A stretch of DNA of 64,000 bases. It comes from Acidobacteriaceae bacterium (GTDB taxonomy: Bacteria > Acidobacteriota > Terriglobia > Terriglobales > Acidobacteriaceae). Below are positions 9,605 through 19,005 of this stretch, in pieces. The notes below the pieces were generated by a model. The model had not been told where the DNA came from. It saw nothing but the letters and a program-made list of their open reading frames with translations, and did no database searches. The stretch is taken from contig PKVW01000027.1 in the NCBI GenBank assembly GCA_003131585.1, positions 16,549-80,548 of the forward strand. The letters run 5' to 3'. Position numbers and translations under genes: made by a program. Every line of letters starts with the position of its first letter. Position 1 is the stretch's first letter.

Positions 9605-10651
9605 TTGCGAATGAAAGCGAACATCATCGATCCGGGAGCGGCCGACTGGGCACGGTTGGACGGTTTTGCGGACCGCACCGTTTTCCAGACTCGCGAATGG
9701 CTCCAGTTTGTGCGCGAGACCCAACGCGCCAGGATCGTCCTCTGCGAATTGGCCGACGGCGGGGAAACGGTTGGCTACTTCACGGGACTCGTATTCTCTC
9801 GCTTCGGCATCCGGATGCTAGGGAGTTCGTTCCCGGGGTGGACCACGCCTTACATGGGATTTAATCTCGTGCCGGGAGCCTCGCGCGCGACGGCTTTGGC
9901 GGCCATCGAGCTTACGGCCTGGGACACGCTGAAGTGCTTGCACATGGAAGTGTCCGATCCGTTTTTCACCGTCGACGACGGAAAGGAAATTGGATTTACT
10001 TGTGAATCCTACGCGTCGTATCGCAGCGATCTTACCCAAACGGAAGACAAACTCTTCGGCAATATGGATAGCGCCTGCCGCCGCTGCGTGCGAAAGGCGG
10101 AAAAGAGCGGCGTCACCCTCGAGGAGGCCCACGATCTCGATTTCGCGGACGAATACTATGAGCAGTTGAAGGACGTATTCGCGAAGCAAGGTCTGGTTCC
10201 CACCTATACCGTCGAGCGGGTGCGTGCGCTGGTTAGAAATCTCGAACCCACCGGACGCATTTTGCTGGCGCGGGCGCGCGACCTCGAAGGGAAGTGCATT
10301 GCCACGGGGATCTTTCCCGGCTTCAACAAGATTGCCGAATTCTGGGGCAATGCAAGTTTCCGTTCCAGCCAGGGCCTGCGGCCGAATGAGGCCATTCACT
10401 GGTACGCCATGAGGTACTGGAAACGCCGGGGGGCCGAAATCTACGATTGGGGCGGGGAAGGGACCTACAAAGAGAAATATGGCTGTGTTCCGCACCGCGT
10501 ACCCTGGTTTACCAAGTCCCGCTTTGGCTTCATCTCGAAGCTGCGTGGGCAAGCCAAGGCCATGTTCGAGAGAAAACAACGAATTCAGGGATGGTTGCAG
10601 AGCCGGCGAAAGTTGCCGGAGAGCGATGAAACCGGTTCAGCGGAAGCTTAA
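9605..10651 (+). CDS. FemAB/BioF2-like (GNAT-fold) acyl- or aminoacyl-transferase
   Basis: About 346 aa with the family-typical layout: TVFQTREWLQFV near the N-terminus, CRRCVRKAEKSGVTLEE in the middle, and a C-terminal GAEIYDWGGEG. The likely true start is ATG 9611 (MKANIID). TTG 9605 is the ORF-track start. Confidence 0.6.
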   Translation: MRMKANIIDPGAADWARLDGFADRTVFQTREWLQFVRETQRARIVLCELADGGETVGYFTGLVFSRFGIRMLGSSFPGWTTPYMGFNLVPGASRATALAAIELTAWDTLKCLHMEVSDPFFTVDDGKEIGFTCESYASYRSDLTQTEDKLFGNMDSACRRCVRKAEKSGVTLEEAHDLDFADEYYEQLKDVFAKQGLVPTYTVERVRALVRNLEPTGRILLARARDLEGKCIATGIFPGFNKIAEFWGNASFRSSQGLRPNEAIHWYAMRYWKRRGAEIYDWGGEGTYKEKYGCVPHRVPWFTKSRFGFISKLRGQAKAMFERKQRIQGWLQSRRKLPESDETGSAEA

Positions 10652-10852
10652 TGGTTGCTGCGCACGAGCAACCGCCAGCATTGGTCGGGCGGACTGGCTT
10701 TGCTCTTTACCTTTTCTTGCGGCGAGATCCAGACAAAATCCTTGGTAACCATGGGCACGCGCTCGCCCCCAAATCCCTTGGTAAAATAAGAATTACGCCT
10801 GCGGCTGCGGGATCCGATTCATGAAAACGGCTGCAAAATCCGAGGCAAGGGA

Positions 10853-11716
10853 ATGCTGAAAAGGGGATTCAAGCACCTTTCGCGCGTCAGCGACGTATTT
10901 TTTCGCAAGCTCAGAATCGAGCGGGACATCACAATCTTTCCCAATGACGCGTTTCTTACCTCCTATCCGCGATCGGGCAATACATGGACGCGCTTCCTGA
11001 TTGGCAATCTGGTTCATCAGAACGAGGCGGTCACCTTCCTTAGCGTCGAACGGTTAGTTCCCGACATGTACAAGCATTCGGACCGCACGCTGCGCAACCT
11101 TCCGCGGCCGCGCATCTTGAAGAGCCATGAATGCTTCGATCCCCGATACAGGAAGGTCATCTACATCGTGCGCGACCCGCGAGATGTCGCGGTGTCCAAC
11201 TATCACTGGGAACTCAAGTTGCGATCCGTAAGGGAAGGGCATGCAATCGACGATTTCGTGCGGCGCTGGATGTCGCCGCAATTCTGGCCCCGCATCGGCT
11301 CCTGGGGTGATCACGTAGGCAGTTGGTTAGGCACCCGGCAGGGGCACGAGGGTTTCCTGCTGTTGCGCTATGAAGATCTGAAAGAAAACCCGCAGCGTGA
11401 GCTGGCGCGGGTCGCGGAGTTCCTGGGAATCTCGGCCACACGGGAGCGTATAACCCGGGCTGTCGAGTTGAGTTCCGCCGAAAACATGCGAAAGCTGGAA
11501 AGCGAGGAGAGTGGAAAATGGGTGGCGACCACGCTCACGCGCCAGGACAAGCCCTTTGTCCGCAACGCCATCTCTGGCGGTTGGAAAACTGTACTGCCGG
11601 AAAAAACCGTCGCATACATCGAAACGCATTGGGGCCACCTGATGCAAGATCTTGGGTACGAATTAGCGACGCCAGTTCTCAACCCTGCCGCAGCAGCCTT
11701 CCACCAGAAGAAGTAA
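10853..11716 (+). CDS. PAPS-dependent sulfotransferase
   Basis: 5'-PSB-like loop YPRSGNTWTRF and 3'-PB-like IYIVRDPRDVAVS. Strong paralog of 27588-28427, with shared blocks PRPRI(L/V)KSHECFDPRY, FLLLRYEDL and RQDKPFVRNA.SGGWK. Confidence 0.85.
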   Translation: MLKRGFKHLSRVSDVFFRKLRIERDITIFPNDAFLTSYPRSGNTWTRFLIGNLVHQNEAVTFLSVERLVPDMYKHSDRTLRNLPRPRILKSHECFDPRYRKVIYIVRDPRDVAVSNYHWELKLRSVREGHAIDDFVRRWMSPQFWPRIGSWGDHVGSWLGTRQGHEGFLLLRYEDLKENPQRELARVAEFLGISATRERITRAVELSSAENMRKLESEESGKWVATTLTRQDKPFVRNAISGGWKTVLPEKTVAYIETHWGHLMQDLGYELATPVLNPAAAAFHQKK

Positions 11717-11734
11717 AGTTTGGAATATGACCAC

Positions 11735-12856
11735 TTAGAAGTTGCGGGGCAATCCGTCGCCATCCGCGCGGGTGAAGTGGATCCGAGACTGGGTCTCCGC
11801 AAACGGTTGCAGCAGAGCGCTCAACTTCTTCCCGGCGGCAAAAATGAAGTTAGACGGCGAGTGCAAGAAGCCGGCATGCTCAAGAGCGCGAGCCCACAGA
11901 CGATGGCTCTGATTGGAGACGATCAGATCCACTCCGTTATCCACTAGGGCTGCCGAAGCCGCCTGCATTACTGGCAAGGCGTCGTCCGGCGAAGCCCAGC
12001 AATCCACAATCGAACCCACGCGCATGGCGCCGTATTTTTCGTCCTTGCGGCGCTCTCCTACCACCGCCCACCCAATATCCCGCCCACTCCGGCGCACTCG
12101 CAGGCGGGTAAAATGTGTGTCGCTTGCGGGGTAGAGCGTGCGCAGGGTTTGACAATCCCGCACTGCCGTCATCGCATAGTGATTCTTCGCTTGCTCCCAC
12201 AGCGGATCGACCCAATCCGAAAAATCCTCGATTTTCTCCACCGTAAACGGTGTGAGTTTCGGGGCGCGCAGCTTTCGCAGACCCTGGATCGTCTTCACTC
12301 CAGCCCAACCCGTCCCTGTGAAGGCGGCCAGATTCAGCAGCAACCTGCGGGAGGGAGACGTGTGCAGGGCCTGCATTTCCTTGAAGAAACGGTTGGGGCG
12401 CGCAACATGGAAATAGAAAGGAACCAGAAAGTGGGCCCAGCCCAGGCGTGCCAGCATCTTCGGCAGGGGGCGGTCATAGCCACCCATGCCGAGGCAGTAG
12501 AGCAGCGGGGACCGGTTCATAGCATCTTTCAGCAACATGCTTCCCACTGCCGCATAAGACTTGTTGACAATACCCTCCGAAAGCGGATGGTGATAGTAGG
12601 CAACAGTGCGTGTGATGCCGTCTGCGAAGAAGAAGTCTTGTTGTTTCAGGGCATAGCCGCCGCGGACGACGCCATTCTCCAGGGCGACGAAATACCGCTG
12701 ATACAGTTTGGCTCCCTCGGCAGGGGGTAGCCAGCGCGGTTGAGCGAAGCGAAAAAATATGAGGTCGAGTTCCGCGCCACCGGATTGCAGCCGTCGATTG
12801 AATTCCTGCACCGCCGGCTGGTGCTCTTCACGATATGGCTGGATGACGATAGGCAT
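11735..12856 (-). CDS. Putative GNAT-type acyltransferase (function uncertain)
   Basis: 373-aa ORF that ends the long minus-strand operon, 41 nt downstream of the ACP gene. The N-terminus IQPYREEHQPAVQEFNRRL and GVVRGGYALK resemble GNAT motifs. The assignment is weak. Confidence 0.45.
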   Translation of the reverse strand: MPIVIQPYREEHQPAVQEFNRRLQSGGAELDLIFFRFAQPRWLPPAEGAKLYQRYFVALENGVVRGGYALKQQDFFFADGITRTVAYYHHPLSEGIVNKSYAAVGSMLLKDAMNRSPLLYCLGMGGYDRPLPKMLARLGWAHFLVPFYFHVARPNRFFKEMQALHTSPSRRLLLNLAAFTGTGWAGVKTIQGLRKLRAPKLTPFTVEKIEDFSDWVDPLWEQAKNHYAMTAVRDCQTLRTLYPASDTHFTRLRVRRSGRDIGWAVVGERRKDEKYGAMRVGSIVDCWASPDDALPVMQAASAALVDNGVDLIVSNQSHRLWARALEHAGFLHSPSNFIFAAGKKLSALLQPFAETQSRIHFTRADGDGLPRNF

Positions 12857-12897
12857 GGCAACCGGCGGGCAAGTTGCGAAAGATTGACGGGTCGTGG

Positions 12898-13149
12898 CTA
12901 GCGCGAAGCTTTCTGTAGTTTGGTCTCGACCAGCCTGGCAGCTTCGCCAACGTTTCGCATTTGCTCCATTTCTTCCGGAGACAACTGAAGGCCAAATTTT
13001 TCTTCCAGCGCAAGCACAAAGTTCAAGTGCTGAGTGGAATCCCAGGCTTCGATCATTTCGGGCGAAGACTCAGCCACGATTCGATCCACAGGAACACCGA
13101 AAAGATCGGACGCTATGCTTCGCACCTGGTCCAGAATGGATGACGTCAA
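12898..13149 (-). CDS. Acyl carrier protein (stand-alone, 83 aa)
   Basis: TTG 13149 overlaps the FkbH stop (TTGA). Phosphopantetheine-site-like EAWDSTQHLNFVLALEEKFG, with the Ser at about residue 38. The 170-aa ORF-track version (to 13410) is an in-frame extension lying inside the FkbH gene. Confidence 0.75.
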   Translation of the reverse strand: MTSSILDQVRSIASDLFGVPVDRIVAESSPEMIEAWDSTQHLNFVLALEEKFGLQLSPEEMEQMRNVGEAARLVETKLQKASR

Positions 13150-15038
13150 TTGTGCTCTCCCTCGGCAGTCTTCAACCGGATCCACGCCGGAGTGGCGATT
13201 GTATGATGCCGCAAGTCCAAGGTCCAAACCGAGCCGTCGCGATTCTCCTCGAGAAGTTGAAAGCCATGCCGGGCATAAAAGTCGCGCGCGGGGGCATTCT
13301 TCCTGGTGGGCGAGAAACGTCCGGCGAGACGCTGGCGGCCGCGAGCCACGGCGCCCTGAGCGACATGCGAGAGAAGTGCGGTTTCCACGGTTCTGCCAAT
13401 GACGCGGCAACTGAGCAGGAAGGTTTCAATCTCGCAGGTTTCGGCCTGGTCGCGGGTAATGGCCACGCCAACCAAACCGTGGTCCCCAAACCGGTCCCGC
13501 ACCTTGATGGAGAGGACTTGCCATCCAGGACGAGCGGCCATGTCCGCGATCTGTTGCTCGGTGTGGCGCTGGGTGGTCAGATTGAATTGATTCGTCTTTT
13601 GCGTGAGTTGCGCAACCCGGGCCAGCGTCGCCGGTGACACCGGGAGGACTTCCGCCTCCTGCTCGAGGTAACGAAAGAAGTCCTCCTTGCTTTGGAAGGC
13701 CTGTTCCGTCTGTGAGCGCTTCCGCCGCACCGCATAGAGGGTGGTACGCTGCGAATCTTCGCTGGAAAGCGAAAGGCGTTCGAATACCGGGCAATCTCGA
13801 ACCGCGGCAGCGTAGGCCTGCGGATCTTCGGGCAGATCGACGATCGTGACCTCTGGGAGGGCACTGCGAACTTGTTGCCGCTCTACCGGGTTGTCGTCGA
13901 GAAAAGCGAGGGCCTCCATTCCGACGTTCAATTCGGCGGCGATTTCGCGCAGATTCTGCGCTTTGTCGTTCCAATCGATGCGCACGGCTGCGAAATGCTT
14001 CGGCGTTAGCAACATTCCCGGGTGATTCTCCAGCGCTTCCATCGCATCTTCAAGATTATTCTTGCTGCAGATGGCCAGCAGAATTCCTCGCCGCGCCAGA
14101 TCCAACATGGCCCGCTGCAAATTTTGATACGCCGCGCCGGGGTACTCCGGGCCGAGTTTGATTCCGGTCATGCCATCTTCACCGATCACGCCTCCCCACA
14201 GCGTATTGTCGAGGTCGGTTACGAGCACCTTGGCAGTCTTGCCGGCAAGAGGAACCAGAAAGCGCAACCATTCGCGAGCGAGGTAAACGAGGTGGTCCGC
14301 GGCAATGGGCATTCTGGCAATCAGCCATTTTCGTTCGTCATGCCAGTGCAAGCGGCCATAGCGGGCGACGAGTCCATCGTAATCGAGCGCGTAAACACCG
14401 CAATGTTCACTCGCGATCTGCCTGAGTTCCTGGTTGATCTGCTGGATCGCGGCGGATTGACCTTTATTTTCCTGCGCATCAAGAAGTCCCATGCCCGGAC
14501 GCGCGGGGAGTTCGAGGGAATGCACCACCAGCGCGGCTGAACTGCGTTCCCGAAATGCCCGGACCCACTGGCGGAAGCTGTTGGAGACGCGCCGCACTAC
14601 CGCAGGGACCGCTTCCAGCGCGAGGTCCGGATACTCGTGCCACAGGTCGGGCGCGAGGTCCGCTGTCCTCGCCGCAAGAATTACGGCGTCGGGGGCAAAA
14701 CGGTAAAGGGAACTGTCCGGGTCGAGGATTTCTTGCGCGTAGGCGTTAAAGTCGCCGAGTTGGACGGTCAAATCGATTCCATGTACAAAGGCATCGGCCC
14801 TGAGCAACGGAAGTACCGGCTCCACGGTGAAGGATCGTAAAATTGCGAGGCGATAGCAGACCAGAGGGAGTTTGCCACGTAGTTGTTCGTAGCGAGACAC
14901 CAGGAAGGCTGCGGCGCTGGCGCTCGCTTCGTTGCGCCAGAGTTCGGCGAGGCGCAGAGAAGCCAACTCCTCCGACCCAGCCGAGATCAGACGGTCAGCT
15001 TCGCTCCGCAGGTCCAAACCGCTAGGCTCCGAGATCAT
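13146..15038 (-). CDS. FkbH-like HAD-IIIC phosphatase/acyl-loading protein
   Basis: 630 aa. HAD-IIIC motif I VLVTDLDNTLWGGVIGEDG, motif II ICSKNN, and a C-terminal FkbH-type region with FLLSCRVIGR followed by a GNAT-like end (ARDFYARHGF). ATGA overlap with the upstream VOC gene. Confidence 0.85.
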   Translation of the reverse strand: MISEPSGLDLRSEADRLISAGSEELASLRLAELWRNEASASAAAFLVSRYEQLRGKLPLVCYRLAILRSFTVEPVLPLLRADAFVHGIDLTVQLGDFNAYAQEILDPDSSLYRFAPDAVILAARTADLAPDLWHEYPDLALEAVPAVVRRVSNSFRQWVRAFRERSSAALVVHSLELPARPGMGLLDAQENKGQSAAIQQINQELRQIASEHCGVYALDYDGLVARYGRLHWHDERKWLIARMPIAADHLVYLAREWLRFLVPLAGKTAKVLVTDLDNTLWGGVIGEDGMTGIKLGPEYPGAAYQNLQRAMLDLARRGILLAICSKNNLEDAMEALENHPGMLLTPKHFAAVRIDWNDKAQNLREIAAELNVGMEALAFLDDNPVERQQVRSALPEVTIVDLPEDPQAYAAAVRDCPVFERLSLSSEDSQRTTLYAVRRKRSQTEQAFQSKEDFFRYLEQEAEVLPVSPATLARVAQLTQKTNQFNLTTQRHTEQQIADMAARPGWQVLSIKVRDRFGDHGLVGVAITRDQAETCEIETFLLSCRVIGRTVETALLSHVAQGAVARGRQRLAGRFSPTRKNAPARDFYARHGFQLLEENRDGSVWTLDLRHHTIATPAWIRLKTAEGEHN

Positions 15039-15490
15039 TGCTCAGCGGACCTTCCTTGGCGCTCCAGATATTCCAGAAGGAGCTTGTTCTTGGTGTAGAC
15101 CCAGGCGATGCGGCGCCCTCCAAAGGCTACGGCAGGAAGCGGCGGCCTAACTACAAGTCCGCCTTGAGCGCGGCTCAATGCCAGTTGGTCTTCTAGATGG
15201 TCGATCTCATAGCATAAGTGGTGCAGGCCGCCACCGCGCTTCAAGAATGGGATGACCGGTGAATTCTCTCCCGCCGGTTCCACCAGTTCCAGCAGGGGAT
15301 TTGCGGTATGCCTGCCGCGCAGAAAAGTCACCCGGACTGCTTGATTGGGATCATGAAAGATTGTTCCATCCCACTCAGCCTGCAGCGAGTCGAGAAATCC
15401 CTGTACGGAGTTCTGGATGGAAGCGACCACGAAGCCTATGTGATGAAACGAGCCTTGTGGAAGGGCGATTGCACCCGTGGACGATTCCAT
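15035..15490 (-). CDS. VOC (glyoxalase / methylmalonyl-CoA-epimerase-like) family protein
   Basis: 151 aa. HHIGFVV metal-ligand motif near the N-terminus and a second half with LHHLCYEI. Translationally coupled to FkbH. Confidence 0.7.
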   Translation of the reverse strand: MESSTGAIALPQGSFHHIGFVVASIQNSVQGFLDSLQAEWDGTIFHDPNQAVRVTFLRGRHTANPLLELVEPAGENSPVIPFLKRGGGLHHLCYEIDHLEDQLALSRAQGGLVVRPPLPAVAFGGRRIAWVYTKNKLLLEYLERQGRSAEQ

Positions 15491-15534
15491 CTAGGCCGGG
15501 CGCCCCACCGGAAATGAGTTTTGTATCCACCGCA

Positions 15535-16920
15535 TCATTTCAGCTCGACAATAAAAACATCGGTCCGGTATTTGTCGCCGTTCGGTGTTTTTCCAAGCTG
15601 GTCTTCCCAGTCGGAAGTGAACATGAAGAAGCGTCCATCCTGCGAAACATTCCCCCGCGGGGTCGACCAGAAGCCGTTTCTGGCGGTGCTGTAGGTGTGG
15701 GCAAACCGCCAAACCTTGGAAGCCTTCCCATCCGTTTCCGCACAGTCGATCTCATTCTGCCAGGGCCCGGTCACAAGGGGCGCGGCTCCGGCCGTATCCG
15801 GATTCGTTGGTCGGTAAGTCGAAAAGCAGACCGGAGCGGAATCATTCGGATCCACATTGTTCCACGAGAAGTGAGAGTCGAACCAAAAATCTTTGGCAGG
15901 TTCCAAGCCGCCGATGATCGGAGTGGAGTTTTCCAGATGGTTCAGCGGCCTCATCCAGACATCCATGGGATGGATCCTGCCGGACGACCCGAGAATGTGG
16001 GAGTAGCCCAGCACATGATGTCCATTACAACCGCGGGAACAGACGTTGACATTCATGCCGTCGACCTCCCAAACTACCCAGCCATGGCCGATGCCGCCAC
16101 CCCCCCGCGTCATATACAGGAACTTTCCAGACTTCGCCATTCGGGCGTTATGAAGAAGAAAGCGATCGGCAATGGAAATCGTGCCCTTGGGTCCCCATTG
16201 GCCGCCGATTTCGCCGGTCTGCGTGTTATACCAGCGGCAGCCCTGCGTTCGGTCGTAGACATAGACCATGTAATTTTTGTCTTGCTCCGGCCCTAATGTA
16301 GTCATGAACCGGCTGTCATCGGCGCTGACGGTCACCGAGTGTCCCGAGTCGCGAGATCCGAGTTTGACGCATTTCGTGGCGTCGTTTATCTCGGTTACTC
16401 GCCCGCTTGAGGTGTCGTACTGCTCAAAGATCGGTTCCCGGTGATTCATGCCATAGAGGATGTTGGCCTGCCGGAAGCTAAACTGTGGTTCCGCTCCCCA
16501 GTTTAGACTCGGGTTCCTAGCCGGCCGTGCGGTCATGGTCGCGGGATCGAAATCGTAGGGCAGGAACGAGCCCCCGGAAGTAGTCACGTAGAACATCGTG
16601 GAGTCTTTGTTCCATGAATTTTGTTCCGCGGAGGAGGGTGTGAAGAGCGGGCGGCCGGCGTACTTTGGGTCCGATCTGCTATCGGTAACGCGCAGTATGC
16701 GAGATCCGAAACTCGGATCGTTGATAATCGATCCCGAGGGTCCGATCGCCGGCGGCTTTTCCGGGTAGGGTTCGACCCGCCGGTCCGTGCGTGCGCAGTA
16801 TTCCTGCGGTCCACAAGTGCCGCTCTGGGGTACATCATGGCGGACGGTGGCAGGGGTCTGCCCCGCCCAAGCGGCTGCGCTCAGTCCCAGTACCGTGAAC
16901 CGTCGAAGAAAGTGTTTCAT
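15535..16920 (-). CDS. Secreted beta-propeller-like protein of unknown function (paralog of the C-terminal domain of 34212-36527)
   Basis: ATG 16920 gives MKHFLRRFTVLGLSAAAWA-GQ (a Sec signal). Blocks shared with the paralog: GSRILRVTD, NTQTGEIGGQWGPKGTI, HFSWNNVDPND, WQNEI, VWRFAHT, VSQDGRFFMFTSDW, DVFIVELK. The ORF track extends it to 16950. Confidence 0.7.
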   Translation of the reverse strand: MKHFLRRFTVLGLSAAAWAGQTPATVRHDVPQSGTCGPQEYCARTDRRVEPYPEKPPAIGPSGSIINDPSFGSRILRVTDSRSDPKYAGRPLFTPSSAEQNSWNKDSTMFYVTTSGGSFLPYDFDPATMTARPARNPSLNWGAEPQFSFRQANILYGMNHREPIFEQYDTSSGRVTEINDATKCVKLGSRDSGHSVTVSADDSRFMTTLGPEQDKNYMVYVYDRTQGCRWYNTQTGEIGGQWGPKGTISIADRFLLHNARMAKSGKFLYMTRGGGGIGHGWVVWEVDGMNVNVCSRGCNGHHVLGYSHILGSSGRIHPMDVWMRPLNHLENSTPIIGGLEPAKDFWFDSHFSWNNVDPNDSAPVCFSTYRPTNPDTAGAAPLVTGPWQNEIDCAETDGKASKVWRFAHTYSTARNGFWSTPRGNVSQDGRFFMFTSDWEDQLGKTPNGDKYRTDVFIVELK

Positions 16921-17062
16921 TGCAAAGCTTAATAACGGTCGCGTTCCCATCGACCTGCTATGTAACCCTATTCTAATTAGTTATCGGAAGGCTGCCAACA
17001 CAGAGGAGTGCGTGCCAGAGCAGTTCCGGCGAGAATCGAGCTGCCGGAAGTTTGTGATCCGA

Positions 17063-18154
17063 TCAGTCCATGTCGCAGGTTGGGTCGGGGAGTTCCAGAG
17101 CGGCGAGATTGGCGAGACGGCCCACCGGGGTATTCAATTTGAGCCAAAGCTTGGTACTAAGAAAGTGCGGATAGACCGACGCGATACACTTCCACCGAAG
17201 CGCGACTCGCCGCTGTTCGGTGTCCAGGGTCAGCGGATAGCCGAATTCCTGAAGGCTCGGTCCGATGAGGGCTTCGAGCGCCGCCACCTGCCGATGAGAT
17301 AGGTTTTCTTTCCAGCGATTGACCGGGTTTTGCGTTTCTTTTCCGTCGCTCCGGAACGAGGAATTGGATTCGCGGAGCCGTCCTAAACCTGTTCTCTGGA
17401 TACGATCGAAGTCCAGGTCATGATCGAGAAAGTCTCCCAGCCGAGCCAAAGCGGGACGAGGCTGGGTCACGAGTTCTTCGTAGTGGATTTCAATGTAGTC
17501 GCTGGGAATCTGGCGGCCGTATTGCCGGCCCTTGTGCACCATCCAATCCCAATAAAGCGCCGTCTCCAACAAGCCGCGCGATTGCCGGCTCCAGGGGAAG
17601 GGCCGGAATTCCCCCATCTTCATGAGCGACAGGGCAACGTCACGTCCGTCCCGGATGATGTGCACGAACAGCGCATCCGGTATGTCCCTCTTGATTCGAG
17701 GCACGTGGAGGACACTGTCGGGATCGTAAACCGCCCATCTTTGTACGCCCTGGCTCTGTGCGATTTCGTCCATGACGATACGCATGAAGTCGCCCCCGTT
17801 GCGGCATTCCGCCAGCAATTTGGCGGAGAGTTGCCCTGCCTCCACTCCGGCGCGCGCGAATCCCTTGCTCTTCATCCATGTGCCGACGATCTTTTCCCGG
17901 TTACGAGGGTTCTCGAGAGAGCCGAAACGAGGTATCAGGATTTTGTAGATGGGGAGATAGCCACGATAGACGGCAAAATCGCCCGCGGACAGCAACGTGT
18001 CGTAAAGAAGATTCGTCCCGGAGCGATGGCAGCCCATTACGAAGACCGGGCGCCGCCTCCGCTCAGTGTCCGCAGGATTCTTGCTGCCTTGTGCGGAGGC
18101 GCCGCTCTCAGCGGTTCCAGTCATGAGCTTAATGCTTGAAGACGATTGTAGCAT
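17063..18154 (-). CDS. Sulfotransferase family protein (second type)
   Basis: VFVMGCHRSGTNLLYDTL (P-loop-like 5'-PSB) and VHIIRDGRDVALS (3'-PB-like). 363 aa with no signal peptide. Confidence 0.75.
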   Translation of the reverse strand: MLQSSSSIKLMTGTAESGASAQGSKNPADTERRRRPVFVMGCHRSGTNLLYDTLLSAGDFAVYRGYLPIYKILIPRFGSLENPRNREKIVGTWMKSKGFARAGVEAGQLSAKLLAECRNGGDFMRIVMDEIAQSQGVQRWAVYDPDSVLHVPRIKRDIPDALFVHIIRDGRDVALSLMKMGEFRPFPWSRQSRGLLETALYWDWMVHKGRQYGRQIPSDYIEIHYEELVTQPRPALARLGDFLDHDLDFDRIQRTGLGRLRESNSSFRSDGKETQNPVNRWKENLSHRQVAALEALIGPSLQEFGYPLTLDTEQRRVALRWKCIASVYPHFLSTKLWLKLNTPVGRLANLAALELPDPTCDMD

Positions 18155-18191
18155 CCGCGTAATTCTCTACTCCCCATTAGACGTTCTCTAT

Positions 18192-18983
18192 CTACGGGAG
18201 CGGGCTTGCGCGATGTAGCAAAGTGGAGCGCACACGATCATAGAAGGAGTTGCCCAGAATCCGCCTGGCAGTCTCGCGCAAGGTGCTCTGTGCGCGCATG
18301 CGCGACAATGAGCCGCCCTCGCAGATCGCGGCAAACGCGCTCAAGGGAACATCTCGCAACATCGCCACTCGGCCCAACGCAAAAACGTCTGTGTTTCTGG
18401 AATTCGCCTGAATGCGGCTGGTGGCCACCGTCCGGTAGCCGGCGGCGCGTGCCACGGTCACGACCCGCCGATCACAGCGACCTCCCGGGCACGAGAAGTG
18501 GTCCACTGGCTGGCCGACGATCTGTTCCAGTTGCGACTTGGCGTCGGAGATTTCGTGCCGCAGGCCGCTCTCGTCCAGATCGGTGAGATAGGGGTGAGTC
18601 ATCGAGTGGCAGCCGATTTCGAAACCCTGTCCGGCGAGTTCTTTGAGCTGAGCGGGTGAAAGATAGCCGGGCTTTCCCAATCTCCCGCAAGTGACGAAGA
18701 ACGTTGCGCTGAAGCCGGCTTGCCGCAGGATCGGAGCCGCTGCCACGAAGTCGGTTTCACAGCCATCGTCGAAAGTGATGGTCACGTTACGTCCCTCCGG
18801 AAATGCGAGAGATTGGCCCACGTTCAGCCCCCGCCATCCATTCCCCTTCAACTGATCCATTTGCGCGCGAAACCCGGCCTCCGGCAAGACATAACGAGCG
18901 TACCCGGGTTCGGGCTGGCAAAGACGCCGTCCCGGGATCTCCAACTCGTGATACATCAGAAAGACGATGGCATGTTTGGGCAT
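18192..18983 (-). CDS. Polysaccharide deacetylase (NodB homology domain)
   Basis: TITFDDGCETD (motif 1, Asp-Asp), FSATFFV, GCHSMTHPYL (His-His metal motif). Confidence 0.85.
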   Translation of the reverse strand: MPKHAIVFLMYHELEIPGRRLCQPEPGYARYVLPEAGFRAQMDQLKGNGWRGLNVGQSLAFPEGRNVTITFDDGCETDFVAAAPILRQAGFSATFFVTCGRLGKPGYLSPAQLKELAGQGFEIGCHSMTHPYLTDLDESGLRHEISDAKSQLEQIVGQPVDHFSCPGGRCDRRVVTVARAAGYRTVATSRIQANSRNTDVFALGRVAMLRDVPLSAFAAICEGGSLSRMRAQSTLRETARRILGNSFYDRVRSTLLHRASPLP

Positions 18984-19005
18984 CGAACAATCGCTTTGTC
19001 GAAAT

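Noticed and set aside
10653-10673. 7-bp stem / 7-nt loop hairpin (ggttgct gcgcacg agcaacc) right after the FemAB-like stop
   Set aside because: No U-tract follows, and the next co-directional gene starts 180 nt later. It is not convincing as an intrinsic terminator, so I did not list it as a feature.
12898-13410. 170-aa version of the ACP ORF
   Set aside because: The upstream 87 codons overlap the 3' end of the FkbH gene in another frame and translate to Arg/Gly-rich low-complexity sequence. TTG 13149, overlapping the FkbH stop, gives a normal 83-aa ACP.
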